Shown one piece after another: positions 43,063-52,165 of a stretch of DNA of 64,000 bases (its first letter is position 1; each line of letters starts with the position of its first letter). The stretch covers positions 274 to 64,273 of IMG/VR virus record IMGVR_UViG_2775507102_000001; one strand, 5' to 3'. A model generated the notes under the pieces. The model did no database searches and was not told the origin of the DNA. It saw only the letters and a program-made list of their open reading frames with translations. The position numbers and the translations under genes are program-made. Origin of the DNA: a virus. Lineage: Duplodnaviria; Caudoviricetes.

Positions 43063-43186
43063 CCGTGTCGCCGTGTTGATGCGGGGGTGTTCTGCGTGTG
43101 CGCCCACTTCGCGCCCTTGTGGGACTGTCGCACTCCGCCGACCGTGATCGGTGAGCGGGGTGTCGCGACCACGACAGGGGGCTTTC

Positions 43187-43432
43187 ATGGCGCGTAGGTT
43201 CGATGACACGGCTGGCCGGCTGCTGCTGGCGTTGGCGGTGTTCCTGCACCGCACGGTGGCGGGTGGCCCGGCGCGGGAGCGGTGGCAGCTGCGGCGTAAT
43301 GAGGCACTGCGGGCGGCGAACCGGCACGGTGTGCCGGTGGCGGAGCTGGCGGCGCGGCTGGGGCTCAGCGAGGGATGGGTGCGGCAAGTGCTCAACGGCA
43401 AGAGGACGCCGGTGATCGAGGAAGCCGCGTAG
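43187..43432 (+). CDS. Small HTH protein
   Basis: 81 aa; GVPVAELAARLGLSEGWVRQVL. Confidence 0.7.
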   Translation: MARRFDDTAGRLLLALAVFLHRTVAGGPARERWQLRRNEALRAANRHGVPVAELAARLGLSEGWVRQVLNGKRTPVIEEAA

Positions 43433-43447
43433 GCGGAAATGCAAGAG

Positions 43448-43476
43448 GGGCCCGACCGCGGGTTGCGGTCGGGCCC
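43448..43476. terminator. Terminator between convergent genes
   Basis: Perfect 12-bp stem GGGCCCGACCGC / GCGGTCGGGCCC. Confidence 0.7.
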
Positions 43477-43484
43477 TTCAGTGT

Positions 43485-44030
43485 CTACTCGAAGTCGCGG
43501 AGCTTGATCTTCGCCATCGCGCCGTCGGGGTGGTGGTAGACGATGCCTTCCCACTGGTGTCGGTGGAGGAAGTTGGCGATGTCGTCGTAGGTGCGGTGGG
43601 CGAAGTCGGGGTCGACGCGTTCGGCGGTGGCGTGTCGGATGAGCGTGTGCCGGTCGAGCGCTTCCGGGTTGCCGTTGATCTTCGGTCCGCAGAGTTCGTA
43701 GGTACCGTGCGCCCAGTCGGCCCGGATCTCGCGCGCCTCGGTGAAGAACTTGATGAAGGAGGACTGTTCGACGGGCTCCCAGCCGACGGTCTTACCGGTC
43801 GTCTCGTCGTGCTCCACGGGCACGTAGTTCGCCGGCGACGTCTTCCCAGACTTGACCTCCCTCCGGGCCCACCATTCGCCGGACTCGTCGAGGAGGATGC
43901 AGGTTCCGTCGTACTTGCGGGTCGCCGCGCCTTGACCTTCGAGGACCCACTCGCAACCGGGGGTGATCTCGGGCAGGACGCGCCGCCGGTCGTCGGGGTT
44001 GCGGACGAACAGGGTCGGGATTTTCTGCAT
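43485..44030 (-). CDS. RNA ligase-like nucleotidyltransferase (DUF5565-like)
   Basis: 181 aa; motif I RKYDGT, III TYELCG, IV EGIV, V MAKIK. Confidence 0.75.
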   Translation of the reverse strand: MQKIPTLFVRNPDDRRRVLPEITPGCEWVLEGQGAATRKYDGTCILLDESGEWWARREVKSGKTSPANYVPVEHDETTGKTVGWEPVEQSSFIKFFTEAREIRADWAHGTYELCGPKINGNPEALDRHTLIRHATAERVDPDFAHRTYDDIANFLHRHQWEGIVYHHPDGAMAKIKLRDFE

Positions 44031-44085
44031 GGTTGGGGCCTTTCAGTGGGGAGGGTGGCGGGCTAACGAATTGCGGCAGGGCAGT

Positions 44086-44718
44086 TCACGCCGCCCGCCT
44101 CTCCGCAACGGTGAGCTGGAGCGCTTCCGAGTGCCCGTACTCGGCCCCGCAGCCGCGGCATTGGAACCCGTCGGTGTCGAGGGTGACGGCGCGGACGGTG
44201 CCGCAGGGGCAGGTGACGGGGATGCGGCGGGGTGCCCGTTCGCCGCTGATGATCGCTTCGGCTTGACGGACGATCCGCGCTATCTCGTCGGCGCATTCGT
44301 CCAGGGCCGGGTGTCGGCTGGCAGCCCGGGTGAGGTTGCGGCGGAGGGTGTCGACGGCTTGGTCGACGCGGTGCTGGAGCCGGCCGCCGGTGCCGTGGAC
44401 GCCGAGCCCGTAGCTGGCCCAGTCCTCGACCCAAGTCTCCAGCGTGGACACCAGACCCCCGTTGGCGGTCATCGTCAGCACGGCCTCGTTGCAGGGCATG
44501 GGGTGGCCGCTGCTGCGGGTGACGACGGGCCCGTCGCTGCCGCCGCGGCCGGGCTGGATGCGCAGGCAGAGCCGGGCGTAGAGGCCTGCGGGCCCGGCCA
44601 ACTTGCGCAGGTCCTGGTCGATGCGGTGCTCGCATCGCAGGCAAATGAACCTCCCGGTCTCGTGGTCGAGCAGCTGGCGCGGGCAGATCACGCAACGGGG
44701 CGACGGGGCGTCGAGCAT
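44086..44718 (-). CDS. Zn-finger protein, candidate late regulator
   Basis: 210 aa; CVIC..ICLRC N-terminus, CPC..CRGCG C-terminus; last gene of early operon. Confidence 0.7.
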   Translation of the reverse strand: MLDAPSPRCVICPRQLLDHETGRFICLRCEHRIDQDLRKLAGPAGLYARLCLRIQPGRGGSDGPVVTRSSGHPMPCNEAVLTMTANGGLVSTLETWVEDWASYGLGVHGTGGRLQHRVDQAVDTLRRNLTRAASRHPALDECADEIARIVRQAEAIISGERAPRRIPVTCPCGTVRAVTLDTDGFQCRGCGAEYGHSEALQLTVAERRAA

Positions 44719-44748
44719 GGCGGGCTCCTTGGTGCGGGGCGGTGCGGG

Positions 44749-44889
44749 CTATGCGGGGAGGTGCTGCAGGATCCAGAGCAGGGCGGCAAGGGCCCAGTTG
44801 ACGACGGTCACAACCGCGATGGCCGCGAAGGACAGGGTGATCCAGCGGGGCACAGCAATGGGCTCGTTGAGCCAGCGAGGGTCACCCAT
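44749..44889 (-). CDS. Small single-TM protein (46 aa)
   Basis: MGDPRWLNEPIAVPRWITLSFAAIAVVTVVNWALAALLWILQHLPA. Confidence 0.6.
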   Translation of the reverse strand: MGDPRWLNEPIAVPRWITLSFAAIAVVTVVNWALAALLWILQHLPA

Positions 44890-45482
44890 CACTCGCCCGC
44901 CTTCTGCAGCGGCCAGAGCCGGTCGTTGGCGGCGCATTCGGCGACGCTGGGGCCGTCGTTGTGGGCGGGCGGCTCGTCGAGCGCGCGGATGGTGCCGCAG
45001 GGCCAGGGCGCGGACAGCCGACCGAAGTCGGTGGTGCAGAGGGCGCAGTAGTCGCCGTCTTGGTAGTGCAGGGCGCGGACGCGGGCGATGGCGGCCTCGG
45101 CCTGATCGGTGCGCTTGCTCTTGGCGGCCAGTTCGGTGCGCAGGTCGGCGTTGATGCACCGCTGGTGCACGGCCCGGCCGCGAGCGCTGTGCCATGCCGC
45201 GCGGTAGATGGCCATGCGCTCGTTGAGCGCGTCGAGTTCCGGCTGGGGGACGGTCGTTGTGCTCGGCCGGCCGCCCGCCTCGCGCAGCTCGGCGTAGTGG
45301 CGGGCCCAGTCGACGGGGCCGCGGGGCTGCTTCTCGCCATCGAGGCCCTCAGCGCCCTCCTGCGAGCCGTTCTGACCCCTCAGGGCCTCTCGCTGCCCAC
45401 TCGACCCCTCAGAGGCGCTCTGGCGGCCTTCTGTGGCCTTCTGGGGCACCTCGGGGGTGTTGGGGTCCGGTCGCGTCGTCAT
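44889..45482 (-). CDS. Hypothetical phage protein with His/Cys motif
   Basis: 197 aa; ARVRALH...YCALC...WPCGTIRAL. Confidence 0.65.
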   Translation of the reverse strand: MTTRPDPNTPEVPQKATEGRQSASEGSSGQREALRGQNGSQEGAEGLDGEKQPRGPVDWARHYAELREAGGRPSTTTVPQPELDALNERMAIYRAAWHSARGRAVHQRCINADLRTELAAKSKRTDQAEAAIARVRALHYQDGDYCALCTTDFGRLSAPWPCGTIRALDEPPAHNDGPSVAECAANDRLWPLQKAGE

Positions 45483-45727
45483 GCGGCGGCCTCTCGCTGA
45501 GTGTCGGGGATGTGGATCTGGTGCACGCCGAGCTCCCCCACCGCGAGGGCGATGGCGACGGCCTGGGCGCGGTCTGAGGCGCCGAGCCGGCGGTAGGCGG
45601 CGGTGAGGATCTCGGCGACCGAGTGCGGGCTGACGCCAAGCCAGGTGGCGATGGCGGCGTTGGTGTTGCCGTTGGCGGCGAGCAGCAGCACCTGGCGCTG
45701 CCGGGCGGTCAGGGATCTCACGGTCAC
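45479..45727 (-). CDS. LuxR-type HTH regulator
   Basis: LTARQRQVLLLAANGNTNAAIATWLGVSPHSV...YRRLGASDRAQAVA. Confidence 0.9.
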   Translation of the reverse strand: MTVRSLTARQRQVLLLAANGNTNAAIATWLGVSPHSVAEILTAAYRRLGASDRAQAVAIALAVGELGVHQIHIPDTQREAAA

Positions 45728-45772
45728 TCCAGGGGTGGGGCCGGCCGCGCGAGACGGCCGGCGGGCGGGTGG

Positions 45773-46807
45773 TCAGGCGGCGTCTTCGGCGGTGACGGGC
45801 TGGCCGGAGCGGCAGGCCCACGGGGAGCAGCCGTCGGGGTCGCCGTTCTCGGCGAGTTCGGCTTCGTAGGCGGCGTCGAAGATCGTGTCCATCTGCCATT
45901 CGGATCGGCGGATCTTGTCGATTGGCGCTTCGCTGAGGGGCAGCCGGGAGATGTGCAGGAACCGTTCGTGGCGGAGGCCTGGCCCGGTCCGGTACGCCTT
46001 GTCGAACGCGACCGCCTCACGCCACGACTCGGGGTCGGTGTCGCGCATGCGCCGCCACTCGGCGTTGCCGTGGAACGGGCAACCGATGCACGCCGACTTC
46101 TCGACCGACGTCCAGCCGTGGTGCTTCAGGTAGGCGTCGCACTGGGTGCGCGACATGTTCAGCTCCAGCAGCGGGTGCCGCGACCGCGAGTAGCGGGTGT
46201 CGCCGCGGTCGGAGACGCGGCCGATCTCGTCGGTGGAGAACCCGATCCACGTCTCGGCCCACACGCCGGCCGGGGGCTGGTTGACGCGGGAGAGGGTGCC
46301 GGTGCCGTCGCACACGGAGCACGGACCGGGCGTCATGTCGTTGCGCTTGATCCGCCACGGGGCGATCCGCTTGCCCTTGCCGTCGCAGTACCGACACGGC
46401 TTCGGGTCGGACGTCGTCGCACCGAGCAGGAGGCGGGTCTGACGGAGGATCGGGGTGAGCTTGTACGTCTGCGTGCAGCGCCGGTTCAGCATGCCGTCCT
46501 CGCCCGTCTCCGGGTCGCGGGTGTGCGCCGGGAGGGAGCGCTGCTTGTCCGGGTCGAGGACGTCGTCCTGGATCCGGCCGGTCGACACCCGGTAGATCGG
46601 GATCCCGGCGGGCTTGGCGATCTCCTCCTCCAGCCGGTCGAGGTGCTCGTACACGGCGGCGGGCTCCCACCCGGTGTCGGCGAAGATCGCACCGTCCAAG
46701 CCGGGGAGGCGCCCCTCAGCGGCGAGCATCAGCAGGGTGGTGGACTGGACGCCGGCGCCGAGAGACAGCAGGCGCAGGGTCGGGGGCGTGTCGGGCTGGG
46801 TGGTCAT
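45773..46807 (-). CDS. PP-loop / PAPS-reductase-like (adenine nucleotide alpha hydrolase) protein with inserted Zn finger
   Basis: 344 aa; LLSLGAGVQST, IFADTGWE, RRCT..YK, KSACIGCPFH; CRYCDGKG and CSVCDGTG. Confidence 0.8.
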   Translation of the reverse strand: MTTQPDTPPTLRLLSLGAGVQSTTLLMLAAEGRLPGLDGAIFADTGWEPAAVYEHLDRLEEEIAKPAGIPIYRVSTGRIQDDVLDPDKQRSLPAHTRDPETGEDGMLNRRCTQTYKLTPILRQTRLLLGATTSDPKPCRYCDGKGKRIAPWRIKRNDMTPGPCSVCDGTGTLSRVNQPPAGVWAETWIGFSTDEIGRVSDRGDTRYSRSRHPLLELNMSRTQCDAYLKHHGWTSVEKSACIGCPFHGNAEWRRMRDTDPESWREAVAFDKAYRTGPGLRHERFLHISRLPLSEAPIDKIRRSEWQMDTIFDAAYEAELAENGDPDGCSPWACRSGQPVTAEDAA

Positions 46808-46880
46808 CGGGTTCCTCCGGGTCTGGGTAGGGTCGGTACCAGGCCCGCTCCGGATACGCCCCGGAGCGGGCCGTCTGCGG

Positions 46881-47498
46881 TCACGGGGCAGGGGTGGCGG
46901 CGGGGCGCTCGGTGCGGTACGCCCGCATGGCCAGCACGGGGCTGATGAGCTCGTGGCCGGGCACGTACTTCCGGCACTCACGCTCGTGCAGGCCGCTACT
47001 CCGGGCGCAGGTGCAGGGCAGTTCGCCGCGCAGGTCCAGCAGCACCTCGTACAGGGCTGAGGCGCGCCCGTGGTCGGGCTCGACCGAGAGCTTGTCGTCG
47101 ACGACACCGGCAGCCCAGTCGATGGTCTGGCTACGCACGACGGCGATCTCGGCGCGCAGCTTGTCCACTTCGGCCTGCGGGGTAATCAGGTCGAGGGCGT
47201 TGGCCCACGGGGAGTTGTCGGCAGTGTGCTCACCGATGACGTCCTCCGCGGCGACGGCATAGGCCAGCTTGTCGGCGGCATCCTGGGCGCGGTCGCGGTC
47301 GTCGATGGTGTCGCCGTGCAGCCGCTCCTGGCGGGCGAGTTCGGCGCGCAGCCTGTCGATCTCCACCTTCAGGCCGAGCGCGATCTCGTGCAGTGCCTTC
47401 TCGGCGCCGTCGTTGTAGGTGGCGGTCGACCAGGTGCTGGTGCGTTCGCCGTACTGGGCGAGGCGGACTTCGGCAGGGGTTAGGCGGTCGGTGCTCAT
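46881..47498 (-). CDS. Coiled-coil hypothetical phage protein
   Basis: 205 aa; AGGAG RBS. Confidence 0.7.
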   Translation of the reverse strand: MSTDRLTPAEVRLAQYGERTSTWSTATYNDGAEKALHEIALGLKVEIDRLRAELARQERLHGDTIDDRDRAQDAADKLAYAVAAEDVIGEHTADNSPWANALDLITPQAEVDKLRAEIAVVRSQTIDWAAGVVDDKLSVEPDHGRASALYEVLLDLRGELPCTCARSSGLHERECRKYVPGHELISPVLAMRAYRTERPAATPAP

Positions 47499-47544
47499 CG
47501 GTGTCTCCTCTGGTGGTCAGGCGGGCGTCAACGCGCGGCGGGCA

Positions 47545-47817
47545 TCAGGCGGCGGGGCGCGGCGGTTGGGTGGCGATGCGGATGCGGAGTTGGGCGACGA
47601 GGTCCTCGAGCCCGACGGGGTCCGCGGGCGGGGTCGGGGGCTGCGGGCCGGCCTGGACGCTCCAGGCACAGGTCCAGGTGTGACCGCAGGCGGGGCACCG
47701 ATAGGCGGCTATGAGGCCGCCGTCCCCGTCCGGCAGGGCCATCGCGGGCCGGACGACGGTGCGGGCCCGGGCGAGGCACTCCTCGCAGGTGTCGGCGTAG
47801 GGCGGGTACTCGGTCAC
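47545..47817 (-). CDS. Small Zn-ribbon protein
   Basis: 90 aa; CEEC...YRCPACGHTWTCAW; overlaps helicase stop. Confidence 0.7.
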   Translation of the reverse strand: MTEYPPYADTCEECLARARTVVRPAMALPDGDGGLIAAYRCPACGHTWTCAWSVQAGPQPPTPPADPVGLEDLVAQLRIRIATQPPRPAA

Positions 47818-49127
47818 CAGATCGCTCCCGTCTCGCTGTAGCCGGTGAGGGGGTCGGCGTCGATGGGCTTGTAGGAGATCCAGGGCCACTTGTCGCCCTG
47901 CTTGATGAAGGCGGGGAAGTCGCGTTCGTCGCGCATGCCGCGCCACGGGAGGACCCGCCGGCCGCGGGCGCCGTCGCCGGGTGCGGCGGACTTCTCGTCC
48001 TCGACGGGGCGCAGGCCGAAGCCGAACTCGGGCCAGCGCATCCACAGCGACGAGCCGACGGGGCGCAGGGTGCGGTGCTGCCCGAAGCCGTTGTGGTGCG
48101 GGCTGTGGGCTTCCATGAGGACGGCGCATCCGGCGGTGGCGCGGGCCTCGTCGATGACCACGCTGACCTTGCGGGCGAGCTCCTCCGAGTTGGGGTCACC
48201 GGCGTGGAGCCGGTAGATCGGACCGATGATCAGCAGGTCGGGCTTGGCCTTCTCGACGCGGCGCATCATCCAGGCACGGTCCTGCGCGCGGGTGAGGTCG
48301 AGGCCTTCGGGCCGGCACTCGATGTGGAACTGGCCGCGCTGCACGGGCTGCTCGAGGTCGCTCGCCGCGGCAAGCAGGGGGCGGTACTTGCGGCGGCTGG
48401 AGCTGGCGCTGTTCTCGCAGTCGAGGGTGAGGACCCGGATCGGGTCGATGGTCTTCCACGTGTCGAACGGGTGGATGCCGGCGGCGAGAGTGACGGCCAT
48501 CTGCCGGAGCAGCACGGACTTGCCGCCGCCTTCAGAGGCGGTGAGGATCAGCCGGTCCATGCGCTCGAGCAGGCCGGGCACGATCCAGTCGTAGGTGTCC
48601 TCGTGCTGGACGAAGTCGAGGATGTCCTCCAGCGGCAGATCCTCAGCCTCGCGGCCCTGGTCGCGCAGTTCGCGGGTGAGGGTCACCGCCCGTTCGATGA
48701 TCTCGGTGGTTTCGCCGTCCGGGCTGTAGCCCATCTGTGCCAGCCGGGTGCCGAGTTCGATCAGCGACCTGCGCAGGCCGCGGTCCTGGACGACCTCGGC
48801 GTAGTACGGGCCGTTCTCCGGGGTGGGGACGGCCCGGACGAGCTCCCACAGGTAGACCTGGCCGCCGATCCGGGCGAGGTCGCCGCGGTCGCCGAGGTAC
48901 TTGGCGACGGTGATCTGGTCGATGGGCTCGCCGGCCATGAACAGGTCGGCGATCGCGCAGTGGATCGTTGCGTGCTGCGGCTTGTAGTAGGCCTCGGGGG
49001 TGACGGTGGCGAGGACTTCGGCGCAGGCGCTGCGCGACATGAGGCAGGCGCCGAGGGCGGACTGCTCGGCGGCGATGTCGCGGGGCGGGGTCCGCTCGAG
49101 CAGCTCTGGCTCGAGGTCGATCGTCAC
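47814..49127 (-). CDS. DnaB-like replicative helicase (DnaB N-domain + RecA-like ATPase)
   Basis: 437 aa; AEQSALGACL...FY.P.H..I, ASEGGGKS Walker A, LLIIGPIY. Confidence 0.88.
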   Translation of the reverse strand: MTIDLEPELLERTPPRDIAAEQSALGACLMSRSACAEVLATVTPEAYYKPQHATIHCAIADLFMAGEPIDQITVAKYLGDRGDLARIGGQVYLWELVRAVPTPENGPYYAEVVQDRGLRRSLIELGTRLAQMGYSPDGETTEIIERAVTLTRELRDQGREAEDLPLEDILDFVQHEDTYDWIVPGLLERMDRLILTASEGGGKSVLLRQMAVTLAAGIHPFDTWKTIDPIRVLTLDCENSASSSRRKYRPLLAAASDLEQPVQRGQFHIECRPEGLDLTRAQDRAWMMRRVEKAKPDLLIIGPIYRLHAGDPNSEELARKVSVVIDEARATAGCAVLMEAHSPHHNGFGQHRTLRPVGSSLWMRWPEFGFGLRPVEDEKSAAPGDGARGRRVLPWRGMRDERDFPAFIKQGDKWPWISYKPIDADPLTGYSETGAIW

Positions 49128-49369
49128 TAGAAGATCCCCTTCTCGGCGTAGGACTCGTAGGTGTTGGTGGGCTTGGCGCGGCGGACGATGTCGGCGGGCA
49201 TGGCGGGCTTGGTCGTCTCGCGGTAGTGCTCGCGCAATGCGATCCGGGCGGCCTCGAAGGGGATGTCGTCGAGGACCATCTGCCAGGCGCGAACGTCGGA
49301 TTCGCCGAGCGTGCGCTTGTCGATGGCGGCGGCGATGGACAGCAGGTCTGCGGTTTCGGCGAGGGTCAT
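49127..49369 (-). CDS. Helicase loader/inhibitor-like protein
   Basis: 80 aa; AAIDKRT......AWQMVLDD.....A..ALREHY.....MPADI; position between initiator and helicase. Confidence 0.65.
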   Translation of the reverse strand: MTLAETADLLSIAAAIDKRTLGESDVRAWQMVLDDIPFEAARIALREHYRETTKPAMPADIVRRAKPTNTYESYAEKGIF

Positions 49370-50262
49370 GCGGGCTCCTGGTTGGTGTGGCCAGCCTCGA
49401 GGGCGTGCTGCTCCTGCTCGCGGAACATGGCGGCGAGGGCCTGGCCCTGGGCGACGCGCTGGTCGGCGGTGGACCGGCTGGCGGGCACGGCGTGGAGTGC
49501 GGGCCGCGGGGTGTCGGCGGGCGGGATGGGTGCGAGTTCGCTCCAGCCCGGCATGAAGTAGCGGGCGGAGTCGACCGGGGTGCGGGCTGCGACCTTGAGG
49601 GCGTGGTCGACCATGGCGGGCACGCCGGACTTCTTGATGAGCGCGAGCAGGGGGAACCAGTCGTTGCCGCGGAAGGGCCAGCGGACGTTGACGCCTGCTG
49701 CCGCGAGGCTGTTGATGAGCGGGCGCGCGTCGGCGGGGATCCCGTAGTCAAGATCAGCGGCGGGCTGCCAGCTAGCTAGCTTCTTTGAGTCTGAGGAGTA
49801 TGAGGAGAAGGGGGGAGCCACGGCACCTTCAGAAGGAGCCACGGCACCTTCTGAGTGAGCCGTGGCTCCCCCTTGTGGGGGTGAAGGGGTAGCCGTGGCT
49901 CCCCCTAGAGGTAGCCCGGGCTCTCCCTTGCCACTGGAAGGGGTAGCCGTGGCTCCCCCTTCGAAGTGGGGCACGAGGAACGTCATCCGGGTGCCGGGCA
50001 CCGCGTACAGAGCGCGCCCGTCCTTGCCCTTGCCGATCGGAACCCGGAACTCCCAGCCGGCCGCGGCAAGCCGCTTCAGCGCGTTCCGGACGACGCTCCC
50101 GTCCTTGGCGCCGGTCCAGCGCGCCAGGTCCTCGAGCGCGGCCCAGCTTCGCCGCGTGCGCTCGTTGGCGTCGTCGGCGATCTCCAGCGCGACAGCGCGC
50201 TGGAGGCCGGTGATGTCCGGCCCAAGCGCCTCGCGCAGTTGGCGGCGGAGCTCGTAGCCCAT
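49366..50262 (-). CDS. Replication initiator-like protein
   Basis: 298 aa; N-terminal wHTH-like region, central repeat-encoded linker (iterons), upstream of loader and helicase. Confidence 0.7.
   Translation of the reverse strand: MGYELRRQLREALGPDITGLQRAVALEIADDANERTRRSWAALEDLARWTGAKDGSVVRNALKRLAAAGWEFRVPIGKGKDGRALYAVPGTRMTFLVPHFEGGATATPSSGKGEPGLPLGGATATPSPPQGGATAHSEGAVAPSEGAVAPPFSSYSSDSKKLASWQPAADLDYGIPADARPLINSLAAAGVNVRWPFRGNDWFPLLALIKKSGVPAMVDHALKVAARTPVDSARYFMPGWSELAPIPPADTPRPALHAVPASRSTADQRVAQGQALAAMFREQEQHALEAGHTNQEPA
49811..49960. repeat. Iteron-like repeats (putative origin) inside initiator gene
   Basis: GGAGCCACGGCACCTTC x2 (49814, 49835); AGCCGTGGCTCCCCCT x3 (49858, 49891, 49945); 24-bp exact repeat 49883-49906/49937-49960. 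Confidence 0.75.
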
Positions 50263-50350
50263 GGGGTTCTCTCTTCTTGGTCAGAGCGGGCGGCGGATGG
50301 CTTGTCGGTGCTGGCGGGTCAGGGTCCGGCGCGCGGCCGGCGGGCCGCGG

Positions 50351-52165
50351 TCACGCGGCGGTCGCCAACTGCGGCTCGGGCTCGGTGTGCCGGTCGAGCT
50401 CCTCGCCGGTGATGGCTTCGACGAGGGCGGCGACGATGACTTCGGCGCAGTTGGGGGTGACGGCGTTGCCGTACTGGCGGACGCGCTCCCGCTTCGAGCC
50501 GAGGACGATGTAGGCGTCCGCGAAGCTCATCGCGCGGCCGATCTCGTGCGGCTCCAACATCCGGAAGAGGACGTCCTCGATGTCGACGTCGCCCTGGACG
50601 AGCGCGTACCGGTCCCGGGTGGAGAGCGTGCCGACGGGCTCGCGGACCGTCTTCGCCGTGCCGTTGCCGTAGTAAGGGACGAGGAGGTGCTCCCAGGTGA
50701 CGAGCGACTGGTGGCCGGCCGTCGTCATGGTGCGGAAGTACTCAGCGGCGGAGGTGCAGTGCTCGCCGCCGTCGCCAGTGCTGCCGTTGTTGCGCATCAC
50801 GAACGCGGGCAGGTTCGGGGTGACGAGGCCGTGGTGGTTGCCGTTCGCGGACACGGTCCCGACGGGCTCGCCGATGGAGCGTCCGCGCAGCTGATCGCCG
50901 CCGCCGCGCATGGTGACCATGAACGGGAGCCAGGCGAGGCCGGTCTCGTTGCGGGCGGTCTGGGTTCGCAGCGGGTCGTTGGCCGACCGCGGGTCCTTGC
51001 CGTCGCGGCCTTCGACAGGGATGAGGAGCGGCGGGATCGCGAGTCCGTCGTTCTCCCGGGTGGTGCGGCAGGCCATGGGGTCCAGCACGCTGGACGGGTC
51101 GTTGCGCCAGGTGCCTCCGGCCGGGACCATGAACGGCTCGTAGGCCATGGCCTTGGTCGCTGTCGTGGTCTGGGTCGTCAAGGGCGCGTCGACGGGCCAG
51201 GTACGGACGCGCGGGCGCCGCTCAAAGGTGTTGCCCGCGGCCTCCAGGGTGATCGGCCGGGCGAACTTGTCGAGGCCGGCCTGGATCCGGGCGAGGGTCT
51301 TGTCGGCCAGAGGCTTGGCACGGTCGCCGATGCGCTGGCCGGGGATCGTCCAGTCGATGGCGACGGCTGCCGGGAGCGTCTCGGGTTCGACGATCTGGCT
51401 GCGGCAGGTGGTGTTGGGGCACCGGTAGACGTACTGCTGCCGGTACCGGCCCATGTCGCGGCCGGGCTGCTTGAACCGCTGGACGGCCTGCACCCAGGTG
51501 TCGCAGCCGGTGCACCAGGCGCGCGGCCTGAGCCACTTGTCCCAGTCGGGGGTACGGGCGAGGGTCTTGTGCCAGTAGGCGACGTACAGGCGGTCGCGGG
51601 ACTGCGGGGCCTTGTGCACGGTGCGCGGGTCGGCGTGCATGCTGTTGAGGGCGATGACCCGCGTGCGGTAGCCGAGCTTGCGGATCTCGCCGAGCCAGCG
51701 GTCCCACTGGTCCCAGGCGCGGACGTCGACGACGTTCTCCACCACTCCGGCCTTGACGAGGCCACCGCGGGCGATGACCCCGCGCAGATACATGGGGACT
51801 TCCTCCATCAGGGCGCGGCTGCGCTCGACCTCCTCGGAGGGGCCGAAGCCGTCGAAGAGGTCGCCCTGGAGGGAGGCGTCGAAGTCGCGCTTCTTGCCGC
51901 GGGCGTTGGACCACTGTGGGCACTCCGGGGAGGCCCAGAAGATGTCCGTCACCGGCCACTTGTCGACCGGGGCTTCTCGGATGTCGCCGCGGTAGTGGTC
52001 GACGGTGGGGAAGTTCGCGGCGTGCGACTCGATCGCCCGCTCCCAGTGGTTCGCCGCGCGCTCCATGCGGACGCCGGGGATGGAGTGCATGCCCTGGCTG
52101 GAGCCGCCGGCGCCGCAGAACCAGTCCATGACCGTGAGCGCGTCGTTGTCGTGGCGGTACATCAT
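50351..52165 (-). CDS. C5-cytosine DNA methyltransferase
   Basis: 604 aa; DWFCGAGG, ASPECP, VENV, QSRDR, RQYGNAV. Confidence 0.92.
   Translation of the reverse strand: MMYRHDNDALTVMDWFCGAGGSSQGMHSIPGVRMERAANHWERAIESHAANFPTVDHYRGDIREAPVDKWPVTDIFWASPECPQWSNARGKKRDFDASLQGDLFDGFGPSEEVERSRALMEEVPMYLRGVIARGGLVKAGVVENVVDVRAWDQWDRWLGEIRKLGYRTRVIALNSMHADPRTVHKAPQSRDRLYVAYWHKTLARTPDWDKWLRPRAWCTGCDTWVQAVQRFKQPGRDMGRYRQQYVYRCPNTTCRSQIVEPETLPAAVAIDWTIPGQRIGDRAKPLADKTLARIQAGLDKFARPITLEAAGNTFERRPRVRTWPVDAPLTTQTTTATKAMAYEPFMVPAGGTWRNDPSSVLDPMACRTTRENDGLAIPPLLIPVEGRDGKDPRSANDPLRTQTARNETGLAWLPFMVTMRGGGDQLRGRSIGEPVGTVSANGNHHGLVTPNLPAFVMRNNGSTGDGGEHCTSAAEYFRTMTTAGHQSLVTWEHLLVPYYGNGTAKTVREPVGTLSTRDRYALVQGDVDIEDVLFRMLEPHEIGRAMSFADAYIVLGSKRERVRQYGNAVTPNCAEVIVAALVEAITGEELDRHTEPEPQLATAA

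Noticed and set aside
33000-44085. Autonomous AICE inserted in the prophage
   Set aside because: No integrase, RepSA/RepAM or flanking direct repeats seen by eye; not fully excluded without alignment
45773-46807. Dnd phosphorothioation or 7-deazaguanine cluster
   Set aside because: No dndA/B/D/E, queD/E, folE or dpdA-like neighbours; PP-loop gene is alone
15780-49380. Recurring GGAGCCCGC(GCC)ATG before several start codons as a regulatory motif
   Set aside because: Consistent with a common RBS plus spacer; no evidence of more
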